Notes: a model not told the origin generated them from the sequence alone. 64,000 nt of DNA from Minisyncoccota bacterium (GCA_041666545.1 JBAYGS010000001.1:217942-281941); one strand, 5' to 3'. Counted from the stretch's first letter, positions 41,249 to 51,598 are shown. Translations and numbers: made by a program.

Positions 41249-41839
41249 TTAAATTAGATTAGTGCTGGCTTTTTTGTATTCCTTCTTGGCTCGGTGCAAT
41301 CTGGTCCTGACGGCTGAAATCGAAATTCCTTCGGCGGTCGCGATATCTTCAGAAGTTTTGCCATCTACCACGATACTCTGCAGTAGGCTTTTGGCTCCGG
41401 AAGAAATTTTGGAAATAACTGACAAAAATTCATCAAGCTCGAGGTGCTTTTGCCAACTATCAGCCTTATCAGGCAGATTCTCCACCACCTCCGGTTCCAA
41501 ATCCATCAGACGAGTCTTCTCCAGATTTAGCTTCTTCATCTTGGTGAAGCAGGTGTTGAGCAAAATTCGATAGGCCCAAGATTTGAATGAAGCACCGGGG
41601 ACCGGCCGATACTTGGAGGCGTTAAGATAGATTTTCACGAAAGCATCCTGAACAATATCTTGCACCTCATCCGAAGCGCGTAGCATCATCCGCAGTTTTC
41701 GCACAAACGCATCCTCGTAGCGATCCACGATAACTGAAAAAGCATCTGGATTTTTGATTGAATACACCAAAACTTCCTCATCGGAAAGATTTTCGAGATG
41801 AGAGTTCAGATTCACGATTTCAGCTTCTAGTAAAGACAT
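41249..41839 (-). CDS. ECF-type RNA polymerase sigma factor (sigma-70 regions 2 and 4)
   Basis: Region 2 (QDAFVKIY...SFKSWAYRIL) and region 4 HTH (SEDIATAEGISISAVRTRLHRAK). Confidence 0.8.
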   Translation of the reverse strand: MSLLEAEIVNLNSHLENLSDEEVLVYSIKNPDAFSVIVDRYEDAFVRKLRMMLRASDEVQDIVQDAFVKIYLNASKYRPVPGASFKSWAYRILLNTCFTKMKKLNLEKTRLMDLEPEVVENLPDKADSWQKHLELDEFLSVISKISSGAKSLLQSIVVDGKTSEDIATAEGISISAVRTRLHRAKKEYKKASTNLI

Positions 41840-42039
41840 GCCGATTACTAAATAGACTAAGAATTTAAAGGCATTAGGGAAGGTTGCCCTTCCCTAGAAC
41901 CCACTTCCATATTTTAAATGGGTCCTTAGCCAGCTTACAATTTGCGACCTTTGCTTTATATAACCGTAAGCTAGCGATTTCATTTCAACAACTACACTGT
42001 GCCAAAAAAATGAAATTTAGTCAAAAAAGTTAAGCACCC

Positions 42040-42110
42040 TTACGAATAGGCCCTGCCTGCCGGCAGGCAGGGCATGCGAATAAAAAATCCCCACATGCAA
42101 GCATGCGGGG
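42040..42110. repeat. palindromic repeat module copy: TTACGAATAGG-CCTGCCTGCCGGCAGGCAGG(42052-42071)-GCATGCGAATA + hairpin CCCCACATGCAAGCATGCGGGG
   Basis: Perfect 20-bp palindrome; ~200 bp upstream of the ECF sigma gene. Confidence 0.75.
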
Positions 42111-42111
42111 A

Positions 42112-42292
42112 AATAGTGGCCGGTTCACGGGTCGGGTTCAAGCCCTGCTCAAGGGCGTCAGTTGTCGGCCAGAAGGGCGACACCTATCAGCTATTGGGCT
42201 TTCGGCTCTCGGTTGTTTACGGACTCCTCGGCAGCATCGGCAAGGAAGTGGATAGCACTCCGTTGCGTCATTAGCGCGAGGGGCGCTTTTTT
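42112..42292 (+). ncRNA. GC-rich structured element of unknown identity ending in an intrinsic terminator (GCGCGAGGGGCGC + T6); alternatively a 59-66-codon ORF (42074/42095..42274)
   Basis: Local GC well above surroundings; nested hairpins (GGCCGG...CCGGCC, GCCCT-GCTCA-AGGGC), T-loop-like GGGTTCAAGCCC; no flanking plus-strand gene. Confidence 0.3.
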
Positions 42293-42368
42293 ACCCCCGT
42301 TCCTAAGACATGAACTAGCCAAGGTCGATACTAGCACAACCATAATTTTACGCAAGTCTGGACCAAAT

Positions 42369-43004
42369 TTAATGGATTTTGGTTTGCCTCTGATTTGTCG
42401 TGTCTACAGAACGTAGTGTGACTGAAATCAGGGAATCCATCGCACTCTTCACCGGGCTAACCCGATAATCAACATCGTACTGCATCAGCCGATTCAAAAT
42501 CAGCTCGCCTTTGCTTAAGACTAGGACCAGGCCGACCGAATCGCCACCACTTTCACTATCTTGGGCAGAGCCGGGCACAACCGAAAAGATGTCGACATCC
42601 GGCAATTCACGATGGATAAATGTCCGGCCATGGTTTTTGATAAGCACCAACCAATTATCATCAGACGGAACCGGAAATGGCGTACTCCCCTCCGTCTCCG
42701 GAAAAACTCTAATCCAGAGGTGGTGCGTTCTGGAATCAAAACGGACTTCGAAATCAACCGGCGTGTTGTCAAAAAGTCTTTCGCTTAGATTCAAGGTGAT
42801 ACCCCAGCCGATTAGATCTCTGGGTTCCAAAATCATCGCACTTTTACCGTAAGCATCCTTAACCGTGGAGAGGCCGGACATCGCCATTTTGAAAGGACTT
42901 CCCAATATTTTTTCCGGCGACGCGACAGTCGAAACTGGCCGAACCGGCGAAGCGCAACCGACAAAAAGCACTGACAAGAAACCGAGCAAGCTTATAATTT
43001 TCAT
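42369..43004 (-). CDS. hypothetical lipoprotein (211 aa)
   Basis: Lipobox LFVGCAS. Confidence 0.55.
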   Translation of the reverse strand: MKIISLLGFLSVLFVGCASPVRPVSTVASPEKILGSPFKMAMSGLSTVKDAYGKSAMILEPRDLIGWGITLNLSERLFDNTPVDFEVRFDSRTHHLWIRVFPETEGSTPFPVPSDDNWLVLIKNHGRTFIHRELPDVDIFSVVPGSAQDSESGGDSVGLVLVLSKGELILNRLMQYDVDYRVSPVKSAMDSLISVTLRSVDTTNQRQTKIH

Positions 43005-43459
43005 AAGTGCCTTGAGCTGAATTTTCTATAACCAAGGTATGCCTAAAAGAACTTCATGTCAACGAATTGCCACATTATTCCCAATCTGCTATCGTACAGA
43101 CAGGTCAAAATCTCCATAAACCCCAAACCGACCTAAAGCATCGCATGCTCGGTCAAGAAAGGTGGTGATTCAGGTGTTAGTACAGCAAGCCTTCCCCGGT
43201 CGACAAGTCCAAAAAGGCAGTCGCATCGGGACAGTATTCAAAATTCTGCCGGCCACCCAGCAGATTATTGTGGAATTACCGATCCCTCCGGGCAGTGAAA
43301 GTCGCAAGACTCCAAAACTGGAAACCTGGAACGCTTCGGATTGCACCTCGCTCGCAAGAAGCGAAGTGACTGAAACAAGTCAGGAGTAACACGGGAAGCG
43401 TTGACGCACGCTTCCCTTTTTCATTTCATTTCTAAATACCGGCACAACCACTTTTGGGA

Positions 43460-44698
43460 TTACTCATACCTTAGGGCCTCAATCGGACTTTTCTTAGCCG
43501 CCTGTTTAGCCGGATAAACTCCGAACACCAGACCAACTGAACCGGAAACCGCCAGGCCGATAATGAGCGCCAGATAAGGGAAATCGTACTGCCAGCCCAG
43601 TCCAACCACTTTGCCAATTATAATTGAGGCGCCAAAAGAAATAATTACCCCCAGAATGACTCCGACCAACCCGCCGAGCAAAGTTAGAATAACCGCCTCA
43701 AATAAAAATTGAAGCATAATGTCGCGATTGGAAGCGCCGACAGCTTTGCGTAAACCAATTTCTTTCGTTCGTTCCGTCACCGACACTAGCATAATATTCA
43801 TGATGCCAATACCGCCAACTACCAGAGAAATCGCGGCCACCGCCACCAAAAATAAGGTTAGCGCTGTAGTGATGACACTAAGCCGGCTCGCCAAGTCAGC
43901 TTGAGTTTGCACGAAAAAGTCATCTTTGCTCGGGTCACTAATCGAGTGATTGGCCCGCAAAGTCCTCTCCACATCAAACACGGTAGCCGAAATCAATTCT
44001 TCAGACTCGGCCTCAATCATAAAGCGGTGAAAGTATTTGATGCCGAAAATAAATTGTTGAGCCGTGGTATAGGGCACGATCGCCACCTCGTCAAAATTGA
44101 AAAAAGAAACCTGGCCTTTGGCCGCCAAAACTCCGACTACCCGAAAAGTCCGGCCTTTAATTTTGATTTTTTGTCCCAAAGCGTCGCTCTGTCCAAAAAG
44201 TTCTTTCTTGACCTTGGAACCGATTACCACCACATCGGCCCGACCACGAACATCATCTGCCGTTATAAAAGATCCGGTCTCCGGTTCCATGTCAAAAATC
44301 TGGGCCATTGCCTCCGAGGCACCGAAAATCGTCAATCGATAGGTTTCGTTGTCATAAGATGCCTGTTCACCGCCAAAAACCACCGGCACAATTTTGGCGA
44401 TTGTCGGAGCATTTATTTTTTGTCGCAGAGACTCGAGATCCTTCTGCTTAAGCGAATCGCTAAAAATCTGAGCCGAATCGGCCGGCCCGCTTGGTTCTCG
44501 GCCCGGGATAACCACAACAGTTTTTGAACCCATGCCCTGGATCTGACCAAGGATTAGATTTTGCGCGCCGTTGCCCAAGGAAACAATCACAATAATCGCC
44601 ATAATACCGATAACGATGCCGAGAATCGTCAAAATCGAGCGGCTTTTATTCACCGAGAGACCTCTAACCGCCGTTCTGGCTATATGTTTCAGAGTCAT
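43460..44698 (-). CDS. ABC transporter permease, FtsX/MacB-like
   Basis: N-terminal TM, large periplasmic domain, C-terminal FtsX 3-TM bundle. Confidence 0.85.
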   Translation of the reverse strand: MTLKHIARTAVRGLSVNKSRSILTILGIVIGIMAIIVIVSLGNGAQNLILGQIQGMGSKTVVVIPGREPSGPADSAQIFSDSLKQKDLESLRQKINAPTIAKIVPVVFGGEQASYDNETYRLTIFGASEAMAQIFDMEPETGSFITADDVRGRADVVVIGSKVKKELFGQSDALGQKIKIKGRTFRVVGVLAAKGQVSFFNFDEVAIVPYTTAQQFIFGIKYFHRFMIEAESEELISATVFDVERTLRANHSISDPSKDDFFVQTQADLASRLSVITTALTLFLVAVAAISLVVGGIGIMNIMLVSVTERTKEIGLRKAVGASNRDIMLQFLFEAVILTLLGGLVGVILGVIISFGASIIIGKVVGLGWQYDFPYLALIIGLAVSGSVGLVFGVYPAKQAAKKSPIEALRYE

Positions 44699-44701
44699 AA
44701 A

Positions 44702-45433
44702 TTATTTCATAAAAACACTTCGCTTTGACACCTTGCTATCGCTCTCAATCGAGCCGTCCTTGATCCTGATAATCCTGCCGGCCTGTTCGGCCGTATAGGT
44801 CTCGTGGGTAATCAAAACAATCGTGTGCCCGTGCTCCTCATTAAGTTTACGGATAATATCCATGACCACTTGGCCAGATTTTGAATCCAAATTGCCAGTT
44901 GGCTCATCGGCGAAAATAATCTCCGGCCTGACAACCAGAGCGCGGGCAATAGCCACTCGTTGTTTTTCTCCGCCGGAGAGGCCGGCTGACTCGTGGTGCA
45001 TCCGGTGCGACAAGCCGACCGAGTCAATGGCCCGCTCGGTCCGCTCTTGCCATTCAGATTCCGGAATTCTTGAATAGAAAAGGGGCAAGCGAACATTTTC
45101 AAAAACCGTAGTCCTCGGCAACAGGTTGAAGGCCTGAAACACAAAGCCAATTTTTTCATTACGCAACTTGGCCGACTCGTCCTCGCCAAAATGCTCAAAA
45201 CGACGGCCACCAAAATAATATTCGCCGGAAGTCGGGTAATCCAAAAAACCCAAAATGTGAAGCAGGGTCGATTTACCCGAACCGGACGGTCCCATAATCG
45301 CCACAAACTCGCCTGCCTTGATTGAGAAGGAAATCCCTTGGAGAACCTTGGTCTCTTCCCCGCCTTCATCAAAATAAGACTTGTGTATATCGCGAGTCTC
45401 GATTGCCACTGCCGAATCTTTAGACTGGGACAT
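44702..45433 (-). CDS. ABC transporter ATP-binding protein (MacB/LolD-like)
   Basis: GPSGSGKSTLL Walker A, LSGGEKQRVAIARAL signature, IFADEPTGNLD. Confidence 0.9.
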   Translation of the reverse strand: MSQSKDSAVAIETRDIHKSYFDEGGEETKVLQGISFSIKAGEFVAIMGPSGSGKSTLLHILGFLDYPTSGEYYFGGRRFEHFGEDESAKLRNEKIGFVFQAFNLLPRTTVFENVRLPLFYSRIPESEWQERTERAIDSVGLSHRMHHESAGLSGGEKQRVAIARALVVRPEIIFADEPTGNLDSKSGQVVMDIIRKLNEEHGHTIVLITHETYTAEQAGRIIRIKDGSIESDSKVSKRSVFMK

Positions 45434-45438
45434 GTTTT

Positions 45439-46971
45439 TTAATTTATGATCACCGTATCGCCCACTTCCAGTCCGGAAATCACCTCCACCAGGCCATCGT
45501 TGCTACGAATGCCGATTTTTACATCCTTATTCACGATTTCATTGCCGACCAGAACTTTAACAAAACTACCACCATTTTGACCGATAACCGCCCGCTGTGG
45601 CACAGCCAAAGCCTTTTCTTTGGTGGCGGTAATAATATCCAAGTTTGCCGTCATACCAGAACGAATTCTCTCATCTTCAGTTTTGAATTCGAGCAGAATT
45701 CGATAAGTGGAAACATTTTCAATCACTGTTTCAGCTGGGTCCATGAAGACCACCTCGGCTGGAAATTCTATTTCACTGCTATAGGCGTCTAAGGTCACCC
45801 GGGCCTGATCCTTGAGATGGATTTTGGCCACATCCGCCTCCGGCACATAAGCCTCAATGTGCAAGGTTGAACCAAAGAGTGATACTAAAATCTTACCGGC
45901 AGTAGCAATCTCGCCAACCTTGGCATCCTGAACGCTCACTACTCCGGCGAAAGGCGCGCGGATTACGGTTTTCGCCAGCTGGCTTTTCAGATTGAGGACA
46001 TTGGCTTCGGACGATTTCAGTGAAGCCTCTGCGGCCTCAAGGTCTCCGGCTGTCGCGCCGGCCAATGACAACTTGAGATTATTATTTTCCAGACGCAAGT
46101 TGGAATCGGCCGCCCGCAACTTTTCACCGGCGGTTGTCAAATTGGAAATAGCAGTATTGATATTCGTGCGCGCCGTTAGAATATCGGCCTTATAGGAGTC
46201 AATTGTCGTCTGGGTCAAACTGGCCGAAGCCTGCAAGGCGTTGACCACAAAAGACACATCGTTTAGGAAATTGTTGATGACAAAAAGATTGTCGCTGGCG
46301 CTTGCCAAATAAGTTAGGAGGTCGGAGCTTATGGTCAGGTTGACCAAGCTTGTCTGCCAGAGAGTCAGGGTCCCTTCCAGGGCCAGCCGTGTTGATTCGA
46401 TCTTGGCCGCCAGTTGAGAATCGACTTGAAAATTTAGTTTAGGATTTTGAGCGCGCGGATTGGTGATAAACTGATCAACTTTAGCTCGAATCGCGTCATC
46501 CGACTTTACAAAGGCGTCATTAAGCTTGTCGACCAAATTTTTCCGAGCATCCGTAAGCGTCACTTCGGCGTTGTCGACTTTCACTCTGGCAATGTCGATT
46601 TCCTCCGGTCTCGTGCCGCGTTTCAGCTGATCAAGTTCAGCCTGCGTCCGGTCTCTTTCCGCTTCAGCTTGAAGCAACTTGGCGAAAATTTCCGAGCTAT
46701 CTAGGGCCACGATGGCGTCGCCAGCCTTGACGACACTACCGACATCTCGATACACCGCGCTAATTAGGCCGCTATTTTCAAAGCCCAGCTTAACATCATT
46801 TTTCGCAACCACTTTGCCGGTCACGCTTACCTCTTGAGTTAAAGTCTGCGGAGATACCACAATAGTTTGCAATTCAACTTTTTTGGGCGAGAAAATCAAA
46901 AACAAAGCGATGACGATTAAAACCAGAACGATTGAGGGGATATAGAAAATCGGCTTTTTTAGATGTTTCAT
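45439..46971 (-). CDS. HlyD/MacA-like periplasmic adaptor subunit with long coiled coil
   Basis: N-terminal TM, biotinyl/lipoyl-like hairpins, extended coiled-coil, C-terminal beta domain. Confidence 0.75.
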   Translation of the reverse strand: MKHLKKPIFYIPSIVLVLIVIALFLIFSPKKVELQTIVVSPQTLTQEVSVTGKVVAKNDVKLGFENSGLISAVYRDVGSVVKAGDAIVALDSSEIFAKLLQAEAERDRTQAELDQLKRGTRPEEIDIARVKVDNAEVTLTDARKNLVDKLNDAFVKSDDAIRAKVDQFITNPRAQNPKLNFQVDSQLAAKIESTRLALEGTLTLWQTSLVNLTISSDLLTYLASASDNLFVINNFLNDVSFVVNALQASASLTQTTIDSYKADILTARTNINTAISNLTTAGEKLRAADSNLRLENNNLKLSLAGATAGDLEAAEASLKSSEANVLNLKSQLAKTVIRAPFAGVVSVQDAKVGEIATAGKILVSLFGSTLHIEAYVPEADVAKIHLKDQARVTLDAYSSEIEFPAEVVFMDPAETVIENVSTYRILLEFKTEDERIRSGMTANLDIITATKEKALAVPQRAVIGQNGGSFVKVLVGNEIVNKDVKIGIRSNDGLVEVISGLEVGDTVIIN

Positions 46972-47177
46972 TTAGTTTAGAAAATTTAGTTTATTCATCT
47001 TAGCACAGATTTTTGCCAAAATTAAAGAGGGTCTCGGTTTGGGTAGTCTTTGGGTATAATAGGTTCAATCGATTGACAACAATTTATTACCCTGATACCA
47101 TTTTCAACTGGTTGTTCTTTGCAAGATTGCAGGAACTAGGTATAAAGCACAAACAAAAACAAGTAAAGAAAGGCAGA

Positions 47178-47861
47178 ATGAGGCATATCAAAACTGCAGT
47201 GGTGTTGATCGGTCGGAGCGGTTGTGGCAAGGGCAAGGGCGCAGAACCTCTTCGGCAAATGGGTATCTCGGTTCTGGAAACTGGAGCACTCTTCCGCGAG
47301 ATGAAACAGCAGGCCAAGCATAGTCCGTCCATCGACTGCATCGATTCCGGAATCTTGGTGGCCGACGAAACGGTCATGTGGCAAGTCAAACTTTGGCTCA
47401 CCGCGCACAAGGAAAAGATGATTGTGCTCGATGGCGCTATCCGGACAGAGCAACAGGCCAACACTATCGTCCAAGAACTGAAGAGTCGTGGCTATCAGCT
47501 GGCCACCTTTTGGTTCAACGCCTCGGAGCAGGCTTGTCGGAACAGAATCACCAAACGGGCTTCCGAAACCCAGGACGGCCGCGTCGACGACTCGACTGTC
47601 GAATCGATCGACCACAAACTGAAGGCCTTCGACCAGAAGACCTTGCCAATCAAGCCCTTCATGCAGAGTCCGCAGGTCAGCCACCAATTCGTGGAGGTTG
47701 CTGAGGATCTCGGCGTGCAAGAAGTCCAGAGCCTGATCATGCACAGCCTGGGACTGATCTCTAACGCCCGAATCACCTCAAGCAATCAGCCGGCAGTCTT
47801 CGTGGCGCCGGCGCTCGCTCGCCAGATCTTCAAGGATGAGCCACACCCGGTTGAGCCTTGA
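47178..47861 (+). CDS. adenylate kinase-like nucleoside-monophosphate kinase (P-loop)
   Basis: LIGRSGCGKGKGA P-loop, VLDGAIRT like ILDGFPRT; start ATG 47178 with AAAGAAAGG RBS (track 47013). Confidence 0.55.
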   Translation: MRHIKTAVVLIGRSGCGKGKGAEPLRQMGISVLETGALFREMKQQAKHSPSIDCIDSGILVADETVMWQVKLWLTAHKEKMIVLDGAIRTEQQANTIVQELKSRGYQLATFWFNASEQACRNRITKRASETQDGRVDDSTVESIDHKLKAFDQKTLPIKPFMQSPQVSHQFVEVAEDLGVQEVQSLIMHSLGLISNARITSSNQPAVFVAPALARQIFKDEPHPVEP

Positions 47862-47886
47862 AGTTCTTAGCATTTAGTTCCGCAAC

Positions 47887-47916
47887 CAAGCCAGCACGCG
47901 CCCTTCCTCCGGAAGG
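47887..47916 (+). terminator. intrinsic terminator GCGCCCTTCC-TCCG-GAAGGGCGC + T6
   Basis: Read in sequence. Confidence 0.8.
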
Positions 47917-47932
47917 GCGCTTTTTTATACCT

Positions 47933-47968
47933 GAAATGTCGGTAAAACAAAAACTCCCCCTAGGGAGT
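47933..47968. repeat. second copy of the 16-bp-arm hairpin TAAAACAAAAACTCCC..GGGAGTTTTTGTTTTA (see 32606)
   Basis: Arms identical to 32611-32646. Confidence 0.75.
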
Positions 47969-48036
47969 TTTTGTTTTAGCCTGCGCTTTCGCTTTCATTT
48001 TCTACAAACTACTCACTACTCACTACAAACTTCTGC

Positions 48037-48345
48037 TTAGAAGCTGCGTCGATCACCTCGATCGCCACCGCCAAAGCCACCTCGTCGTGGAGGTCGATCA
48101 CCCATTGGGCGAGCCTCGTTGACGATGATCTTTCGGCCTCCTAGATCAGTTCCGTTCATTGCGTCAACCGCTTTCAAAGCGTCGTCGTCATTCATCTCCA
48201 CGAAACCAAAGCCGCGTGAGCGACCGGTCATCTTGTCGATGATAACATTTGCCGAAATGACTTCACCCATTTTAGAGAAAGCGTCCTTCAATTCATCATT
48301 GGTAGTTGAATATGGAAGACCGCCTACATACAATTTCTTAGCCAT
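48037..48345 (-). CDS. RRM-type RNA-binding protein with Gly/Arg-rich tail
   Basis: RNP-2 LYVGGL, RNP-1 RGFGFVEM. Confidence 0.85.
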   Translation of the reverse strand: MAKKLYVGGLPYSTTNDELKDAFSKMGEVISANVIIDKMTGRSRGFGFVEMNDDDALKAVDAMNGTDLGGRKIIVNEARPMGDRPPRRGGFGGGDRGDRRSF

Positions 48346-48522
48346 GTATCGTAAACTATTTTATTAACCTGTAGAACGACCTTCACTATGGCCAAGGAAA
48401 CCTTTACCCCTAGAGAAACTCTACAACGAAAACAGTATACACGACCAGCCCAAAAACACAAACCCAGACAATTGTTTCCAAAAACTTGACAAAACACCGT
48501 AGGTATACTATGATACCGAAAC

Positions 48523-48975
48523 ATGAGTAGCAAAGACAACAAGCCGTATTATAAGCAGGTTTTGGGCTTTTATTTCGCCCCGCTTTTGCGTTCCTTTGTC
48601 ACCGTGCTTTATCTCGGTTTTTTCGTGTATTTCGCCCTTTTTTACTTTGAAAATGTCATTTTGGCCCTTAAATTCCTTTGGTACACTTTTAATATTTCTA
48701 CCCCGCTTTTGGATATTGCCTACCTATTCTGGGGAGCCCTGTTCTTCATCACACTCCTAATTCCCTTCTCGCTTTCAGTCTATGCCATTGTTTTACCTTA
48801 CGAAATTATGAAGCATCTGACTTGGGATAATATTCGCAAGTGGTTGATTGTCGCTTTGGTTTTTGTGGCCACTATTGATGCCATTATCATCGCCGACAAA
48901 GCTATCCATATGATCGCCGATCAGCCGCCAATCGTCCCTTTCGTGGAAATGCAGGATTTAGGTTTTAGAATTTAA
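48523..48975 (+). CDS. hypothetical membrane protein (150 aa, 4 TM)
   Basis: Track ORF; terminator follows. Confidence 0.5.
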   Translation: MSSKDNKPYYKQVLGFYFAPLLRSFVTVLYLGFFVYFALFYFENVILALKFLWYTFNISTPLLDIAYLFWGALFFITLLIPFSLSVYAIVLPYEIMKHLTWDNIRKWLIVALVFVATIDAIIIADKAIHMIADQPPIVPFVEMQDLGFRI

Positions 48976-48986
48976 ATTAAAGCCTA

Positions 48987-49018
48987 AAGCCCCGCCCCCG
49001 CAAGGGGGCGGGGCTTTA
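48987..49018 (+). terminator. intrinsic terminator AAAGCCCCGCCCCC-GCAA-GGGGGCGGGGCTTT
   Basis: Read in sequence. Confidence 0.8.
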
Positions 49019-49050
49019 GTTTACTCGTTTAGTCTGTTAAAATTAGCCTC

Positions 49051-50376
49051 ATGTCAGAAAAAAATACCAAAACACCAAAACTCTCAACTGAACCTTACAA
49101 AGGCGTAAGAGATTTTTACCCTGCCGACCAATTCACCCAAAACTACATTTTTGGAGTCATGAAAAAAACTTTGGAAAGTTTCGGTTATGAAGAGTACGGG
49201 GCTTCCGTGCTGGAGCCAGCCGAACTCTACCGAGCCAAAAGCGGTGAGGAAATCGTCAACGATCAAACCTACACCTTTACTGACCGCGGTGAGCGCGAAG
49301 TCACTTTAAGACCGGAAATGACCCCAAGTGTCGCACGATTGATCGCCGCCAAGCGAAAAGAAATGGCCTTTCCGGTCCGCTGGTATTCGATTCCCAATCT
49401 TTTTCGTTATGAACAACCCCAGAGAGGTCGTTTGCGCGAACATTGGCAATTGAACGCCGACGTTTTCGGCATCAAAAATATTCAGGCCGAAGTTGAGACC
49501 CTGACTCTCGCCTCTACCCTACTTCGTAATTTCGGCCTGAAGGATAACCAATTCGAAATCCGAATCAATAGCCGCAAAATCATGAATTATATTTTGCGCG
49601 ATCTTTTTATGCTTAATGAAGGCGAATCCTACCAAATTTCCAAACTGATTGACAAGAAAGAGAAAATCTCAAAGGATGAATTTGCCGGAGAAATCAAGAA
49701 AATGATTGGCGAAAGAAGTGATGACTTTCTCACACTCTTAAATACCGAGAACTTTGCCGAATTTATTAAGGTTATCGGCAGTGCCGAAAAAGTTGCACCC
49801 GCTGTCGCCGAAATCAAGACGCTGATTGAAAAATTGGAACAACTTGGCATCACCAATGTGGTCTTTACCCAAACCCTGATGCGTGGCTTCGATTATTACA
49901 CCGGCATTGTTTTTGAGGTTTTCGACACCAATCCCAAGAATCGTCGCTCAATTTTTGGTGGTGGCCGCTATGATGACCTCTTGGCCATATTTGGAGAGGA
50001 AAAGATTCCGGCCTTCGGATTTGGCATGGGAGATGTCGTCATCCGTGATGTTCTGGAAACCTATGGCCTACTTCCAAAATTTGAACCGAAAACTCAAATC
50101 TATATCTGCTCCACCAATCTAGAAGCCGCCGATTACACCAACGAAATCGCCCAAAAGATGAGGGAGGTTGGTATTTCTGCCGCTGTCGACTATACCGAGA
50201 GAAAAATCGGCGACCAGATTAAATATGCCGACAAGAACAAGATTCCTTTTGTCACAGTCATCGGCGAAGATGAGGTCAAATCCGGCAAGTTTAAAATCAA
50301 GCGCCTTTCTGATGGTAAGGAGACTGAAATCGGTGATAGCGAGGTTGAATCTTTAGTAAAAATTATTAAAAAGTAG
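49051..50376 (+). CDS. hisS: histidine--tRNA ligase
   Basis: Class II aaRS motifs, HisRS signature (GGGRYDDL), anticodon-binding C-domain. Confidence 0.9.
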   Translation: MSEKNTKTPKLSTEPYKGVRDFYPADQFTQNYIFGVMKKTLESFGYEEYGASVLEPAELYRAKSGEEIVNDQTYTFTDRGEREVTLRPEMTPSVARLIAAKRKEMAFPVRWYSIPNLFRYEQPQRGRLREHWQLNADVFGIKNIQAEVETLTLASTLLRNFGLKDNQFEIRINSRKIMNYILRDLFMLNEGESYQISKLIDKKEKISKDEFAGEIKKMIGERSDDFLTLLNTENFAEFIKVIGSAEKVAPAVAEIKTLIEKLEQLGITNVVFTQTLMRGFDYYTGIVFEVFDTNPKNRRSIFGGGRYDDLLAIFGEEKIPAFGFGMGDVVIRDVLETYGLLPKFEPKTQIYICSTNLEAADYTNEIAQKMREVGISAAVDYTERKIGDQIKYADKNKIPFVTVIGEDEVKSGKFKIKRLSDGKETEIGDSEVESLVKIIKK

Positions 50377-50378
50377 CA

Positions 50379-50399
50379 CACGACACAAATACACGAATG
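50379..50399 (+). repeat. 21-nt motif CACGACACAAATACACGAATG (copy 3) + CGAATTA/ATTCGTG short repeats and a CACTAAT..ATTAGTG inverted repeat (to ~50475)
   Basis: Identical to reverse complement of 1544-1564. Confidence 0.7.
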
Positions 50400-50487
50400 A
50401 AGACGAATTACACTAATGCAGAACTTGGATTTGATTTTATTAGTGTCATTCGCGCTAATTCGTAATTCGTGTCGAGTCAAACATCTT

Positions 50488-51063
50488 ATGCACAAGATCG
50501 TCTTTGATATCGAGACTAGCAATCTTTTTTCCGATGTTGGTGTTAATGACCCGGCCGCCCTCACGATTTCTGTCGTGGGCATTTATGATTCCGAAACCGA
50601 TTCTTACAGCAGTTTTTTGGAATCCGAGCTCAAGAAGCTTTGGCCAATTATTGAAAAAGCTGATATTTTGATAGGCTACAACTCCAACCATTTCGATATT
50701 CCGCTTTTAGATAAATATTACCCAGGCGATCTAACCAAAATTAAAAGTTTAGACCTGATGAAGGAAGTCCAGAATGTTTTAGGCCGAAGAATCAAATTAG
50801 ACACTTTGGCCGAAGCAACTTTGGGTAAAAATAAAACCGGCAACGGTCTGGAAGCAATTAAATTATGGAAGCAAGGTGAAGTTGAAAAAGTTCGTTCTTA
50901 CTGTCTACAAGATGTCAAAATCACCAAGGAGCTTTACGAATATATGCTTGAAAACGGCAAAGTTAAATACCTCGACGGCAAAGACACCAAGGAATTAAAA
51001 ATCGACACCAGCAAATGGGAAGAAAAAAGTCACTCGGCGATGACTCATACGCTGCCTTTTTAA
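50488..51063 (+). CDS. DEDDy-type 3'-5' exonuclease (RNase D/DnaQ-like fold)
   Basis: Exo I FDIETS, Exo II YNSNHFDIPLL, Exo III YCLQDVKITKELY; start ATG 50488 (track 50416). Confidence 0.65.
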   Translation: MHKIVFDIETSNLFSDVGVNDPAALTISVVGIYDSETDSYSSFLESELKKLWPIIEKADILIGYNSNHFDIPLLDKYYPGDLTKIKSLDLMKEVQNVLGRRIKLDTLAEATLGKNKTGNGLEAIKLWKQGEVEKVRSYCLQDVKITKELYEYMLENGKVKYLDGKDTKELKIDTSKWEEKSHSAMTHTLPF

Positions 51064-51148
51064 GGCCTTGACATATAGCATGTAATATGCTATACTTGCA
51101 AAAGAGACCTCTTATAGGAGGTACAGAACCGCAAACCAAAGGCCACAA

Positions 51149-51598
51149 ATGAAAAACGTGTCTGACGCAGAAGTCCGCTCGCAAATTGGAGCATTTTTCC
51201 AAAGCCGGGATTTCGCCCTTCTTAACGCCAACCTCGGCAAACCCGCCGATCAACAAGCCACCCTTGCTGACTGGAAGAAAGTCGCCATGAGTCTGCCGCG
51301 GCTGTATGCTGTGGTGGAAGCGGCCGAAATCGCCATCGCACTCGGAGTCAGCCCCGACCTCGCTTCCGCATTGAAGACGATGGCGAGTGAAGGGACGGAC
51401 GCCGAGCCGACTTCCAAGATCGGCCAAATCGCGGCCCGCTTGGCTTGGCAATCCCAACAGCCACTGCTCGGAGAGGAGCGTTTGGATCGTCCCATCATGG
51501 GTTGCACCTCCGGCAGTTTGCCCCCGGGCGAGCTGGAAAAGGACATCGTCCGGATCCGCGCCACTGCGCAGCTGGTTCTCGACCATTGCCTGGCCTGA
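51149..51598 (+). CDS. hypothetical protein (149 aa)
   Basis: Track ORF; terminator follows. Confidence 0.45.
   Translation: MKNVSDAEVRSQIGAFFQSRDFALLNANLGKPADQQATLADWKKVAMSLPRLYAVVEAAEIAIALGVSPDLASALKTMASEGTDAEPTSKIGQIAARLAWQSQQPLLGEERLDRPIMGCTSGSLPPGELEKDIVRIRATAQLVLDHCLA

Noticed and set aside
42112-42292. Assignment of the GC-rich element to tmRNA, SRP RNA, RNase P RNA or a tRNA
   Set aside because: No tag-peptide reading frame ending in ...AA-stop. No SRP domain IV GGAAGCAGC/GNRA arrangement. No RNase P CR-I/CR-V sequences. The T-loop-like GGGTTCAAGCCC lacks an acceptor stem partner.
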